Positions 40,563-55,867 of a DNA stretch of 64,000 nucleotides are shown here, piece after piece (position 1 is the first letter of the stretch; every line of letters starts with the position of its first letter). A program made the position numbers and the translations under genes. The DNA is from Octopus vulgaris (taxonomy: Eukaryota). The DNA lies in NCBI GenBank assembly GCA_951406725.2, contig OX597816.1, positions 70,928,001 through 70,992,000 on the forward strand, read 5' to 3'. Below the pieces are notes generated by a model. The model was not told the origin of the DNA, searched no databases, and was given only the letters and a program-made list of their open reading frames with translations.

Positions 40563-40753
40563 CACATATATATGTACATATACGGCGGGCTTCTTCTTTA
40601 AGCCCGCCGAATCCATTCAGAAGACTTTGGTCGGACCGAGAGGATAGTAGAATACATTTGTCCAATGTGCTATACAGTGGGATTAAACCCCGAACAACGT
40701 GGTTGGCAAGACGCAAACTTCCTATCATACAGCCTTGCTAGCGCATATATATA

Positions 40754-40836
<83 letters not shown>

Positions 40837-41336
40837 TGTGTGTTTGTATACGCTCTCAAGCATATTGCAACCACATATACGAAAGTATACGAAAGACTTT
40901 ATGCGATTACAAGATTCCTAATTGAGCTGTAGGAGAAAGCAGCACGGTGAAGTAAATATTCAATAACTCGTGCACCCCAGCAACCCCTCACTAAGACTGA
41001 TATCTGCCGAGGCTTCAAGGGCGGAAACCCGAGACAGTACATAAACTACCTTCCTGCACCTCACAACATCTTGACTCTCTTAATAGAGCTATTATATATT
41101 CATTAAATCAGCCTACCATCTCTCTCTCTCTCTCTCTTTATCTCTCTTTGTCTGTCCTGCCCTCTTATCCATTGTCTGTAGTTTTTCCGCTTTAAACTAA
41201 TCTTTCTACTTATCTATCTACACCACTACTTCTCAAATTTACTTTCTTTATGACAACGGTTACCATATTTTTCTGTAAAGTATTCTGTTTGTTTGATGGG
41301 TGATCCCTCGTATACATACATACATACATACATACA

Positions 41337-41454
<118 letters not shown>

Positions 41455-41520
41455 CGTGTGTATCGTTGACGATTTTCTTTCTCCGTCTTCCTCTTCTTTG
41501 GACTTTTTCCTTTATTCTAT

Positions 41521-41555
41521 ATTTCTGACGAAGAGCTCCGCTCGAAACGTGAAAT
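41521..41555 (+). ncRNA. Minimal hammerhead motif (cleavage triplet GUG, probably inactive)
   Basis: ATTT CTGACGA A GAGC tcc GCTC GAAAC GTG AAAT. Confidence 0.5.
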
Positions 41556-41783
41556 CCTCTTTCTTTCCTTTTCTGAGCGTCCAATATATATATATATTTC
41601 AATTAGAGGTTGTGTTAAGCTCATGAAGGGATGGTTTCATCCAAGGAAATGCTCGTTCAATACCAAGTATTTTAGGGGAATTGATTTCCATAAAAACAGT
41701 TTATATTCATATAAAAGAAGAAAAGGAAAATGCAGATTGGGAAGTTAATAATTGTTTATTATTAACAGAAAATTAATTCTCTT

Positions 41784-41873
41784 CACTTACAGCTGTTTCA
41801 ATTAATACTCAGTAAATATTAAGTAAGTATTAAGTTTATCTTTATTTGACCTGAGCGTAATATCTTCAGAGGG
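41784..41873 (-). ncRNA. Type I hammerhead motif
   Basis: CCCT CTGAAGA TATTA..CTCAG...CTGAG..TAATT GAAAC AGCT GTA AGTG; palindromic loop 3, one stem I mismatch. Confidence 0.55.
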
Positions 41874-42002
41874 CAAAAAAATATACCTTTGGATATTTTA
41901 TATGTTTATTTGGATTCATTGAATCTATAAACACATCCAAAATACGTTTGTTCTGATAGCAGATCTACAATAGAAAAATATATACGTGCATACATACACG
42001 AA

Positions 42003-42064
<62 letters not shown>

Positions 42065-42068
<4 letters not shown>

Positions 42069-42628
42069 CATATCAAGGGAAACTGAAATTTATTAAAATT
42101 TACATTTCCAGTGGTCTAACGTGTAAAAATTTAGTCCAAAAGACTATGTAAGATACAGTGTACATTTAAACACATGAGGAATCTACTCATAGGATTCAAC
42201 ACGCTAGAAAGAACAGCTAGGTTCTATAACCACAAAATTAGGGATAAAATTCGACAGGAATGAAATGAAAAATAAAAACATTTTACCATCTAGTTTCCTG
42301 GACCAATTGGTTTCTGATTTTAGTTTAGCGAGTAAATGAATAACATATGCACTCGCCAGGTGAAATCTTCTTCAGCAGGAACACCTAGGGTTAAACGTAT
42401 ACACACGAGGTGATCAAACTACGTGCCCCTTGCTTATACATGCTAACCTTTTCAAAATCTACTGCGCAGCCGCAGTCCTTCGCCAGCAATAAAAAATGCC
42501 AACTTTTAAAAACCGAAAATTATCCCAAAACTTACAATATTTAATCATTTCAAAGGGAAATGGAAATTTATTAAAATTTACATTTCCAGTGGTCTAACGT
42601 GTAAAAATTTAGTTCAAAAGACTATGTA
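42065..42628 (-). mobile_element. PLE/retrozyme-like non-coding element, ~478-bp monomer plus 86-bp terminal direct repeat
   Basis: 42065-42150 is repeated at 42542-42628. HHR inside; left end abuts (TA)n. Confidence 0.7.
42295..42381 (-). ncRNA. Type I hammerhead ribozyme motif
   Basis: TTCCTG CTGAAGA A GATTT..TGGCGAGT..ACTCGCTA..AAATC A GAAAC CAATTG GTC CAGGAA: perfect 6-bp stem I, GUC site, palindromic loop 3. Confidence 0.8.
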
Positions 42629-42844
42629 TTAGTCAAAGGACTGCGTCTGCGGAGTAGATTTTGAAAAAGTTAGGATGTATAGTTAGGATTAATAGGGTCA
42701 CTTTGCAATCACCTACTTTTGAATTCAGTGCTATTACATGGTACCCAGGGCAAGTGCCTTACACTGTAACTCCGCGTCAATGCTTTATGAGTGATTTTGG
42801 TAGACGAAAATTGAGGAAGTCACTCATACACATATACATACATA

Positions 42845-42914
<70 letters not shown>

Positions 42915-43339
42915 AGGTGTGTTGAAAAGGGTGTCGCGAAAGGCCTGGTTGGAGGCCTAACTTCCGAGCGCTTTTACAGAGCTTAGAAAACTGAAGGACC
43001 GCTGCAATAAGGGTGTGAATCTGAGAGGGGAATATCTTGAGAATAAAATCTTAATTGACTGATCCTCCTGATTCTTCTTTTACCCCAAACCAGGAAATTT
43101 TCAGCACCTCCTCCTCCTATATATATATATGTATATATTATTATCATCTTATAATCATCTCATAATAATGACCTTTATGACTCGTATAACTACCTCAGTC
43201 AATCTAAATGTATATATTTGTCACTACCTGTCATAAATAGCCTTTTTCTATCTGCAATATGCATTTTCGTTGATTTTTCATATTTTACCCTTACATTTCC
43301 ACGTGTATTTTATATTTTCTTTTCGTAACATATTTCTAC

Positions 43340-43370
<31 letters not shown>

Positions 43371-43384
43371 CATATATATATATA

Positions 43385-43828
<444 letters not shown>

Positions 43829-43917
43829 ATATTTATATGTATTTGTAACCACATGTGAATCATTGGCGATTTTCCTTCCACCGTCTTCCTTTTCTCTTGG
43901 ACATGCCTCCGTCTCCT

Positions 43918-43952
43918 GTTTCTGACGAAGAGCTTTGCTCGAAACGTAAAAC
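43918..43952 (+). ncRNA. Minimal type I hammerhead motif
   Basis: GTTT CTGACGA A GAGC ttt GCTC GAAAC GTA AAAC. Confidence 0.65.
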
Positions 43953-44060
43953 CACCTTTCTTCCCTTCCCTGAGCGTCTGCTAATACTTTGCATGTACCA
44001 TGTCTTTGCGTCGTTGTTTTTTTCTTGTTTGTTTTCGTTTTTTTTTGGGGGGGGATTCAC

Positions 44061-44094
<34 letters not shown>

Positions 44095-44257
44095 CAGCCG
44101 TTGTTGGTTTGTTTACGCTCCCGTAACTTAGAAGCTCGGCAAAGTAGAGCGGAAGAATAAGTAGTAGATTTTAAACTATATCTATATAAGGATAGATACC
44201 TTTCGACTAAAACCCTTCAAGCCGGTGACCCAGCATGGTCGCGGTCGAACAATTGCT

Positions 44258-44288
<31 letters not shown>

Positions 44289-44409
44289 CTCTCTCCCTCT
44301 GTTTCCCTCTTCTTTCCCGATCTTTTTATTTCGTTCCCTTCACATCCATTAGATTTAACACACACATGCACACAAAGCAATATATTTGATTTTCTCTCCC
44401 CACTCTCTC

Positions 44410-44569
<160 letters not shown>

Positions 44570-45299
44570 ATGTGCGCTCAGTTGAGAGTCTGCGCTAACC
44601 CCTGTAAGTACTCTTGCACACAACACCCAGGTAAGGAGACGCCCTTAGTTAATATGTGACATGCTATTCAGACACAGATATGATCTTTATCGTCTACGAG
44701 GCGATTATTGTCACTGATATCTCGTTACACAGTCACATTCACACCCATTTACATACAAACACACACACACACACACACACACACGTATATACATAGCATA
44801 CACACTCACACATACACGCATGCATGCACACACATACACACACAAATGCACATAAACCCACAAACATACACACACACATGCACACATATACAAATTGACG
44901 ACAAACGTTCGTGTATATGTGCACGGGCGTGCGCATGTGTGTACGCTTACTTTACACACATTTATATACATTCATTCAGACATAGTCACACATTTTACAC
45001 ACACACACACACACACACACATTTATATACAGCACACACACATAAAAGTTCAATCACTAACACTTATAGAAAAGACATTTGAAACAAAATAAATTGCTTT
45101 ATTCTATTATTTGTTTCAGTCATTTGACTGTGGCCATGCTGGAGCACCGCCTTTAATCGAACGAACCGACCCCAGGACATTCTTTATAAGCCGAGTACTT
45201 ATTCTATCGGACCCTTTTTGCCGAACCGCTAAGTTACGAGGGACGTAAACACACCAACATCGATTGTCAAGCGATTGTGGGGTAAGGCTTCACTTCCAC

Positions 45300-45645
45300 A
45301 CACGCCAGCTTAATTTAATTCGTCCTTAGTCGAAAGACACCTGTTGTTAATGTCCTGTTATTTGCATTTGTATTTGTGTACCATTTCTCCGTTTTTCTCC
45401 GTCCTTGTTTTCGTATACATTCGCTGCTTTCTTCCGAGGAATCTAGTGCTCTTAGTTTAGTTTTTCCTTAGGGCTGGTCAGATTGGAGCAATCCCGAGTA
45501 TAACCAGCCGAAATTGCAACGATAATCTGGAACTCGACTGAGGAAAGAATATTCCGAATGACCCGACCTTGTTTTTTTTGTCCCTTTTTTGTATCATCTA
45601 ACAGTCTACATGTTTTGCGTTCTTGTCCCATTTTTTGTATTCCTT
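45300..45645 (+). mobile_element. Dispersed ~340-bp repeat ending at (TA)n (family D)
   Basis: Homologous copies at ~46700-47035 and ~53985-54325 (CCAGCT..TAGTCG.AAGACA..CAGCCGAAATTGCAACGATAATC). Confidence 0.65.
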
Positions 45646-45858
45646 TATATATATATAAAGGAATACATATATATATATATATGTGTGTGTGTCCCTAGCA
45701 CTTGGCATCCTTATTTAGGAGCCCTTAATTATATTTCTACATGAATAATATTTTTCTTTATGAATAATATTTTGTCTAATGACTAATTCGTCTTTTGTGC
45801 TGGGCCACTGGTAGTAATCTATATTATTACCCTTTTGATTATATTCATATATATATAT

Positions 45859-45890
<32 letters not shown>

Positions 45891-47033
45891 GCATATATAT
45901 GTATATACACACACATATATACATATATATATATACGTATGTATGTATATATACGACGGGATTCTTTCAGTTTCCGCCTACCAAATCCACTAACAAGGCT
46001 TTGGTCGGCCCGAGGCTATAGTAGAAGACACTTGCACAAGGTGCCACGCAGGCAAAGGAAAAATATCTACTTTCCAATACATATTACATTTTATTCATCT
46101 GGGTTTATATTCCACGCACACACATTTACACACACATACACACGCACACACACACACACACACACGTAAACACATACACAGACACACATACCCACACACA
46201 TCCACGCACATACACAACCACACACACAAACATGCACACACTGACACACCAACACATACACATTCATCCATCCATCCACCCAGACGTACATACATATGTA
46301 TATATGTATATATATAATATATTATACACGCACACACACACTTTCTTTCCTCTTTTCTTTTTCCCGCTCTCCCTCTCTCCCTTCCTTGGAATTCTCTTTC
46401 TTTCATCTTTCCTTTTTCTCGCCCCCTTCTGTCACATGTCTTGGCATTCTCTCTCTTTAATCTCTCTACTTTCCTCTGTTATCTCCCTTGTACTTTTTCT
46501 CCGTCCCTTCCACTTTCTCTCTCTCTCTCTAGTTCCTTCCTTAATTATTCAATCCTTCTGATCCCTACCTTTCTCTCTTCCTCCCACGTGATCGGTGCTC
46601 GGCCAAGCATGATCTTTTTTTCTTGGCCTGACCACCGATCGCACAGCACCTTATTTCCCTTCTCCTGACTTTCATCTGTGTCTGTTGCCACAAGTTTATT
46701 TCCAGCTTAATTGTGCTTTTTAGTCGAAAGACATGTTGTTATTCATGCTGTTTGTATTTGTAATCGTGTAACATTTTCTCCGTTTTCTCGCTCGTTTTTT
46801 TTGTTTGTTTTTGTCCGTGTTATCGCACGTATTCGCCCGCTTCCTTCTAAAAATTTAATGCCTTTAGCTAAGACTTTTGGGGCCTACCAATTTTGAACAG
46901 TCTCAAGTGTTACAGGCCGAAACTGTAGTGATAGAAAGCCACGAATGTTCCGTCCTAGTTCTCCTGTCTGTCCTTTGCATCGTCCGTCTGTCCGTATGTT
47001 TTCATTGTCGTCCGTTACGTTCTTGTTTTTTTT

Positions 47034-47104
<71 letters not shown>

Positions 47105-47112
47105 CTATTTAC

Positions 47113-47170
<58 letters not shown>

Positions 47171-47247
47171 ATTATTATTTACACAATACTGAACACATAC
47201 ACATATAATATATATATATATATTATATATATATATGTTTTTTATAT

Positions 47248-47321
<74 letters not shown>

Positions 47322-48126
47322 CACATATATTTAATATTATATATATAATAATTTTTTGTATTACTATATTTTAATTTCAATTAAAATATTATTAATATAT
47401 TCTATATTATATTTATAAAATATATTTTAATTTTTATAAAATATATATATATATATATTCATACATATATATATATACATATATTAATATATATTTAATA
47501 TATATATATTATATTTAATAATATATAATTTATAATAATTTTATATACATTATAATATACATATTTACATACATACAAATAATTTTAATTTTTTTCTTCA
47601 AAATTTTTATAATATGTTTATGTTTATATATATTATTATTTTTATATATTATATTATGTTGTTTTTTATATTTGTGTAATGTTTTGTGTGTATGTAATTA
47701 TGTATTGTGTGTGTCTTTTTATTTTTTATTTGTTTATTATTTGTTTATGTTTATGTATGTATTGTTTTAATTATTATGTATTATTATATATTTCTTTTTT
47801 ACATTTTTTTATTATATACATTAATTAATAGTAAACAGAAGATAATATATAATACATAAATAATAATTAATAATACATTATTTTACATGTAATAATTATA
47901 ATATATAATAATACATAATTTTTATTATATTTTTATAGTTATGTATGTACTTTTATGTTAATCGAGTTTGAGAATAATATTCTATCTTATGTCTTTATAT
48001 CTCTATCTCTGTCTCACACACACACATATATATACACATGTTTGTATATATTTGTTGTGTACAGTTTTATATTTTAAAAAATAATATGTTTTGTGTATGT
48101 GTGTGTTGTTTTATTTGTTTTATTTT

Positions 48127-48195
<69 letters not shown>

Positions 48196-48199
48196 ATAT

Positions 48200-48286
<87 letters not shown>

Positions 48287-48290
48287 TATC

Positions 48291-48323
<33 letters not shown>

Positions 48324-48330
<7 letters not shown>

Positions 48331-49107
48331 AATTAGGGCTTAGTAAAATAAATTACTTTGCCAGAATTTGCTAGAAATAGCAGCCAAGAAAAGTTTTTTG
48401 CCATTTCCACTACTTAAAGAAAATTTCTCTCAGATAATGTTTACTCAAAACAACTTACGAAGGTATGGAGGTAAAAACAGAAAAATATCACAAGTACAAA
48501 GATTATTTGAGAACGTTAACGTTTCTAGATTAGCCAAATAAACTCAGCATTTCTTTCGTCAGCTCAACATTTCTTATTTTGGATTTGGAAGCACTAAAAA
48601 GAAAGAACATACCCTTTGGCGACTTATCACCTCAGATGACCCGTTCAGACTGCCAGTACCAACAAATTCAAAATGTACAAGCGAAGATTCACTGCTCTCC
48701 CCTTCCACCCACGTGGGTTATCTAGCAAACATTATATTTTAACGGTGAGAACCGAGGCAATATGACAGAGAGAAATGAATTATAATATCAACAATTGAGG
48801 GTAAAAATTAATTAGTTATTAATCAATTTCACCAAGTATTCAGTATGTAAAAGGACCATTTAAGGCGAATTCAAAATATTACATTATAAAATTAGGGCTT
48901 AGTAAAATAAATTACTTTGCCACATACTGAATTTGCTAGATATAGCAGCCAAAAAAAAGTTTTTTTGCCATTTCCACTACTTAAAGAAAATTTCTCTCAG
49001 ATATCTGAGAGAAATTTTCTTTAAGTAGTGGAAATGGCTTTTTTTTGGCTGCTATTTCTAGCAAATTCAGTATGTGGCAAAGTAATTTATTTTACTAAGC
49101 CCTAATT

Positions 49108-49114
<7 letters not shown>
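48324..49114 (-). mobile_element. PLE/retrozyme-like element: direct repeat + HHR + terminal fold-back
   Basis: 48324-48436 is repeated at 48883-49003 (period ~559 bp). 48883-49114 is a palindrome centred on GATATC. Flanked by (TA)n on both sides. Confidence 0.75.
48507..48567 (-). ncRNA. Type I hammerhead ribozyme motif
   Basis: TTGAG CTGACGA A AGA...TCT A GAAAC GTTAAC GTT CTCAA: 5-bp stem I, palindromic loop 3. Confidence 0.75.
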
Positions 49115-49139
<25 letters not shown>

Positions 49140-49615
49140 ATAAACCTCTGAGCGAGGTATAAACAGTAGCTGCACGGCATCGTGAATTATATTTGCCACT
49201 TATTTGTGGCTAACCCCTAAGGGTGGTTGCTACTGTAGCTTGTAGCCCCAGGACGGTTTCGTCTCGGAGCGGGACCGAGAAAACCGTCTCATATTCTTTT
49301 AAATTTAATTCATTGTAATTAATTCTTTCGTATGTCTTTTTGTTCCCGCATGTTTGTGTATGTCCCCTCTGTATTCAGGCCTTGTGCCTATAATAAAGAG
49401 AAAACCGCTGATTGTCACACGCTAATGGCGGGTCAATACCCAGAAACTCGAGTCCATGTGTATCATAAGTTGAAGACGGGAAGGATGGCTTCCCTTTGCA
49501 AATACTGACAGGGCACAGAAAGTGTGTCAATAGCCAGCTGAAGGAGGTGTCCTCCTGAGGCTTCAGTTGCATCCACACTTATGAGTTAGCCACATTTAAG
49601 TGGCAAATGTATTCA

Positions 49616-49677
<62 letters not shown>

Positions 49678-50502
49678 ATGTTAAGGAGAATTACAGGTAG
49701 GTCAACAGTTATACATATATTCTGCCATAGATCAATGCATATCACTCCATATAATATACCAATATATCAGTCGTTAAAATATTAAAACATATTAAAAATT
49801 CATGAATACACAAATATATAAAAATCTAATATACATATATTTTTTTATACCTTTGGGTCTCGGGCTTTTTAGTTGAGCACTTCTGACTACTGCCTGTACA
49901 CCACAGGAAATTGCTGTTGACAAACAACAGCAGAAATTGTATTCACCTTAATAGACGTCATTGATTGGTTGAAATTGCCGAAATGCCGAATTTAACAACA
50001 AATAGCTTACAAACTGCAGAATTTTCTCAAGAAAGCCAAGCGAAAAAGATGTTTTATGTAACGCATTCTACCAGTATACGAAGTTTAAAAGTGTTTAGTT
50101 ACAAAGACATCATTTTAAAAATCTGCCGGTCAAAGTGAAAAGATCCAATCCATTTGCAAGGTTTTTGTTGGCCTAAGGTTATAGTAGAAGACACTTGCCG
50201 AAGGTACCCAGAACCATGAAGTTGGGAAGCAAGTTTCTTACCACACAGCCACGCCTGCACCTATGAAAAAAAAATATTTTAAATTTTTCTATTTTTTGAA
50301 ATTAATCATTTATAATTACTGACCTAAAAGTTCTTCGCAAAATGCTTTTCAGCTGTAAACGACGTAACTGTCGGCCGATTACATTTTGAAGATCCGGTTT
50401 GTATTAATTCTCTTCCTTCTTCTCATACAAATCTCGGGAGTTATAAAAACGGACGTGAGAGTAGTACTTCCTCTCTCTGACTAAGTGATATTGACTGAGT
50501 CG

Positions 50503-50713
50503 AAGGCAGCGAACTGGCAGAAACGTTAGCACGCCGGGCGAAATGCGTAGCCGTATTTCGTCTGCCATTACGTTCTGAGATCAAATTCCGCCGAGGTCGA
50601 TTTTGCCTTTCATCCTTTCGGGGTCGATAAATTAAGTAGCAGTTACGCACTAATCCGTTTGTCTGTCTTTCTTTGTCCTCTCTATGTTTAGCCCCTTGTG
50701 GGTAATAAAGAAA
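50503..50713 (+). mobile_element. SINE family B
   Basis: AGGCAGCGAACTGGCAGAAACGTTAGC...GCCCCTTGTGGGTAATAAAGAAA. Confidence 0.85.
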
Positions 50714-51416
50714 CAGATAAGTGATATTGACTGAGTCGTTAGCGCGTCGGATTCAATACCTCACCATACTTGTTTTGTTATCTAGCGCCCTGGGTTCAAA
50801 TCATACCAAGGTCAACTTCGCCTTTTATCATTTAGGGCTCGATAAAAAAAAAGTAGCAATCCCGAGCGGTGGATTGTCGAAACTCTTAGAACGTTGGATA
50901 GGGTACTTTGCAGTGTTTGATCCGGTGCTTTGTGTTCTGAGTTCAAATCTTGCTATGGCCGACATACGTCATAGACCAAATACATTAAATATTCTTAGAG
51001 GTATCGACTGGATGACTAGTATTCGGGCCAAGTCTCTGGTCTGAGAATAACTTCCTCTCTGTCTCTCACGTGTTTCGGAGGCCCTGTAAAGTGTTATAAG
51101 TACTACTTTCCCTCTTGACTAAAATCTTGAATCTTTAACTTGTTTCAGGTATTGGACTTTGCCTATGTTGGAGCACTGTCTCAAGTGTTTAGTCGAACAA
51201 ATTTATCTTATTATTTACTTTAAAAAAACTAATACATATTCTATCGAACTCTTTTGCCGAACCGCTTTGTTACGGAGACATAAACACACCAGCGTCGGTT
51301 GTCAAGCAGTGCAGAGGCGGTGGGACAACCACAAACATAAAGACATTCATGCACATTTCTATACGTGCGCATGTATGTGTGTGTATATATATATATATAT
51401 ATGTGTGTGTGTATAA

Positions 51417-51498
<82 letters not shown>

Positions 51499-52462
51499 GA
51501 GGATTCCACAGTTTCCGTCTGCCAAATCCACTCACTAGGCAGCCCGAGAATACAGTAGAAGACACTCGCCCAATGTGCCTCGCACTGAAACTGAACTCGA
51601 TACCACGTTGTTGTAAAGTGAACTTCTTCACCACATAACCATTTCACATATGATAAAACAAAATTCTGGGCCGGGTGAAATGCCTTGTTCTAGAGATCAG
51701 TATACTTTAATTTTCCATTGCATACACATTTCGCCAAGATTTTTGCATCAGAATACAAACACACAACATGTACTAAATATTACATATGTATTTTCTATGA
51801 AAAATGAACTTAATTATCGGTTATGTTTTTCTTCCCTTGATTTAAAGTTTCTTATACAAATAAATATCCGTAAAACGTGATTTATGACTGTCACAGATCG
51901 GCTAATGCTTTTGTCGTCGCCGTCAGAAGACTGTAACTCTAATGCATAATGGATACACACACACGCATACGCGCGCGTGTGTGTGTGTGTGTCAGTGTAC
52001 GAGTGCGCGCGCGAGCGTATATATATATATATATATATACACGTGTGTGCGTATATATACATATATATAGTTAATCCAAACAAGAAAGCACAAAAAAACA
52101 CAACGCGAGGACGTGGAACAAATATAGTATTATATATACACACACATACATACACACTTGCATACATATATATGTATATATATATATATATATATGCGTA
52201 TGCATATGTATATCTATATCTAAATGTATACACATATATATGTAAGTATATTTGCATGCATCTGTGTATATATAAGCATACCCAGACATACTCCATGCAT
52301 ATCTATGTATGTGCATACATGCAAGCATTCACAAATGCACATATGTATATATACAAATACAGGTCTATCTAACGCTCTATCTATTACACACACACACACA
52401 CACCATATATATACACACACAGATACATACACACACATACATACACGCACACACATACACAC

Positions 52463-52551
<89 letters not shown>

Positions 52552-52559
52552 AGCATATA

Positions 52560-52768
52560 CTCTTTTACTTGTTTCACTCATTTGACTGCGGCCATGCTGG
52601 TGCACCGCGTTTAGTCCAACAAATCGACCCCAGGACTTAATCTTTGTAAGTCTAGTACTTATTCTATCGAACTCTTTTTCCGAACCACTAAGTTACGGGG
52701 ACATAAACACACCAACATCGGTTGCCAAGTGATGTTGGCGGCAGACACACAAACACATACACACACAT

Positions 52769-52823
<55 letters not shown>

Positions 52824-52960
52824 TACGAGGGTTTCCGTCAGTTTCCGTCTACAAAATCCAGCCACAAGGCTTTGGTCGGCCCGAGGCTATAGTAGAAGAC
52901 ACTTGCCCAAGGTGCCACGCAGTGGGACTAAACCCGGAACCATGTGGTTGGTAAGCAAAC
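52560..52960 (-). mobile_element. SINE family A
   Basis: Reverse complement of the 8967-9446 family, 5'-clipped. Confidence 0.8.
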
Positions 52961-53116
<156 letters not shown>

Positions 53117-53251
53117 TGTATGTATATATATATATATACATGTATGTATATATATATATATATATATATATACATACAAACATGCATATATATATATATA
53201 TATATACATACATGCACATATATATAAACGTATATATACATACATACACAA

Positions 53252-53282
<31 letters not shown>

Positions 53283-53625
53283 CGCATAGATATACATACA
53301 CACATTTTCCTGCAAGAGACATTTAACTTTCATAAAACGAAAATAAATCTTAATATAAGTTACATAATATCTCGATAAATCAAAGTATTCTTTTCCCTAA
53401 CTGACGTGTCCTGTTCCTCGAAAACAATAATAAAAAATATTATAGAAATGAAATTAAAACAATCAAAAACATACATAAATACGTAAGCTATGGAAAGAAA
53501 GACATCACTCTCATTGCTCTTAAATTCTCTTAAAAACACTAAAACACTTATACATAAAATCCCTAATGTATGTACAACTGACGAGGAACATATTTCCAGC
53601 TGATGGTCCACATATCCTAATTTCA

Positions 53626-53662
<37 letters not shown>

Positions 53663-53667
53663 CACAC

Positions 53668-53753
<86 letters not shown>

Positions 53754-53905
53754 TGGCTCTGTGGTAAGAAGCTTGCTTACCAAACACATGGTCCGTGTTC
53801 AGTCCCACTGCATGACACCTTGTGCAGGTGTCTTCTGCTATAGCCTCGGGCCGACCAAAGCCTTGTGAGTAGATTCGGTAGATGGAAACTGAAAGAAGCC
53901 TGTCG

Positions 53906-53983
<78 letters not shown>

Positions 53984-54884
53984 GCCAAAATACGCCAGCT
54001 AAACTTGTACTGTTTATTAGTCGTAAGACACCCGCTGTTTTTGTCTTGTTTTTTACCATTATTGTTTTTTGTATTTTATATTCGTGTGGCATCGTCCGTT
54101 TTTCTGTTCCTGTTTCGTATACATTCGATCCTTCTTCCAAGAAATCTAATGCTCGTAGCTTAGTTTTTCCTTGGGGCTGGCCTGTCTCAAGATTAATCAG
54201 CCGAAATTGCAACGATAATCCGGTTCTTGACTGAAGATTGAAGGCTTCGAATGTCCCGTCCGTGTTTTTTGTATCGTCTTCTAAATGTTTTACGTTGTCG
54301 TCCCAGTTTGTATCTTTCTACATAAAATTATATATATATATATGTAAAATCAAAATAAGCAACAAGGATATCCAGAGATAATGCAGTACGAGAGATTACG
54401 TTGAATGTTAGTCGTTTACAGTTTCGCCTTACGTACAATAGGAAGGAATGGGGGTTCTGTTGTGTATTTTTTCGTCAATGCAAATAAAGGACACACACGT
54501 GCGCGCACACAGATGCATGTATTTATATGTGCACGTGTGACTATGTAATATCTATGAGTGAGTGTGCGTGTGTGTGTTTGTGTACGTATGTATTATGTAG
54601 GCCTGCATACTTAAATACATATATTTTTTACTTGCTTCAGTCATTTGACTGAAGCTATGATGGAACACCGCCTCGAAGGGATTTTTGTTGAACAAATCGC
54701 CCCCAGAAAATTTTTTGAGCCTAGTACTTATTCTATCGGAATCTTTCGCCGAACCGTTAAATTACTGGGGCGTAAACGCACCAACGCCGGTTGTCAGGCA
54801 GTGATGGGAGTGGGGCCAAACACAGACACAAAGATTCACACACACAGATATATATATATATATTTGTTTATATGTATATATATA

Positions 54885-55090
54885 TGTGACCTCGTGTGTA
54901 CCGCTGGCGATTTTTTTCCTCTGTCTTCCCTTCTCTGGATCTTTCCTTCTCCTATGTTTCCGACGAAGAGCTCCGCTCGAAACGTTAAACCCTCCTTCTT
55001 TCCTTCTTTCCTGAGCGTCCAATAATACTATATTTGTTCCACGTCCTCGCGTTGTTGTGTTTTTTGTGCTTTCTTGTTTGAATTAACTTT
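54885..55090 (+). mobile_element. (TA)n-flanked short element with minimal HHR motif (54956-54990, core CCGACGA)
   Basis: GTTT CCGACGA A GAGC tcc GCTC GAAAC GTT AAAC. Same family as 41450-41585 and 43846-44045. Confidence 0.6.
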
Positions 55091-55804
55091 ATATATATAT
55101 ATGTATATATGTAGATATATATATATATCGATTTCACTGGTGTGAAATCAATGTTAATTAAATTAATATCTAATTTCTCACCCTTATTTTAAATTTAAAT
55201 TTAAATTAATACGTTCTCTAACCGGCAAAGGCCACTGCAGTAAAGTATTTTCTGCAGCAGCATTTTTTACGGTAATTTAGCGCGCCAAAACGAGGACATT
55301 TGAAATAGTAACCACGAGTATAATGGGTAGAACTGTTTACAATTCTGACTTTGTGCGGACGTCCTAGTATGCAGTCCTGCAAATTAAATTCATCTGGACG
55401 GTCACACCGATGATCTACGGACATTTACGTAAGTAAAATTACGTAATATGTTCATAGTGAAACATGTATGTGAATAATCCATATTTTTATTGCTTTTTCT
55501 TTTATCTTACTCGATTACGTTTTGGTTGTTTTGCTAATCCGACGGTCAATCCGATCAACGGTGACGTACCATGAGAAACGAAGCCATGCATAACGAACCG
55601 CGAACGAACCCGTGCTCGAGACCGTACGAACGAACCAAAGAGGACCGTCACATGCGACCACCAAACGAACCGCAGGCGAGGACGTCGTCCACGACCCTCG
55701 TGAACCCCAGCATAGGGGTATATATGTATGTGTGTGTGTGCATATATATATAATTCATGAGTTATTATTTAATTGAATGCGACGCATCGATTTCCGAGTA
55801 AGTA

Positions 55805-55867
<63 letters not shown>

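Noticed and set aside
47330-48090. Extremely AT-rich irregular stretch
   Set aside because: Looks like decayed microsatellite or low-accuracy consensus sequence; no structure can be supported.
49191-49607. ~60-bp imperfect inverted termini suggesting a MITE
   Set aside because: Arms are quite diverged with no TSD; equally explained by two oppositely oriented retroposon tail fragments.
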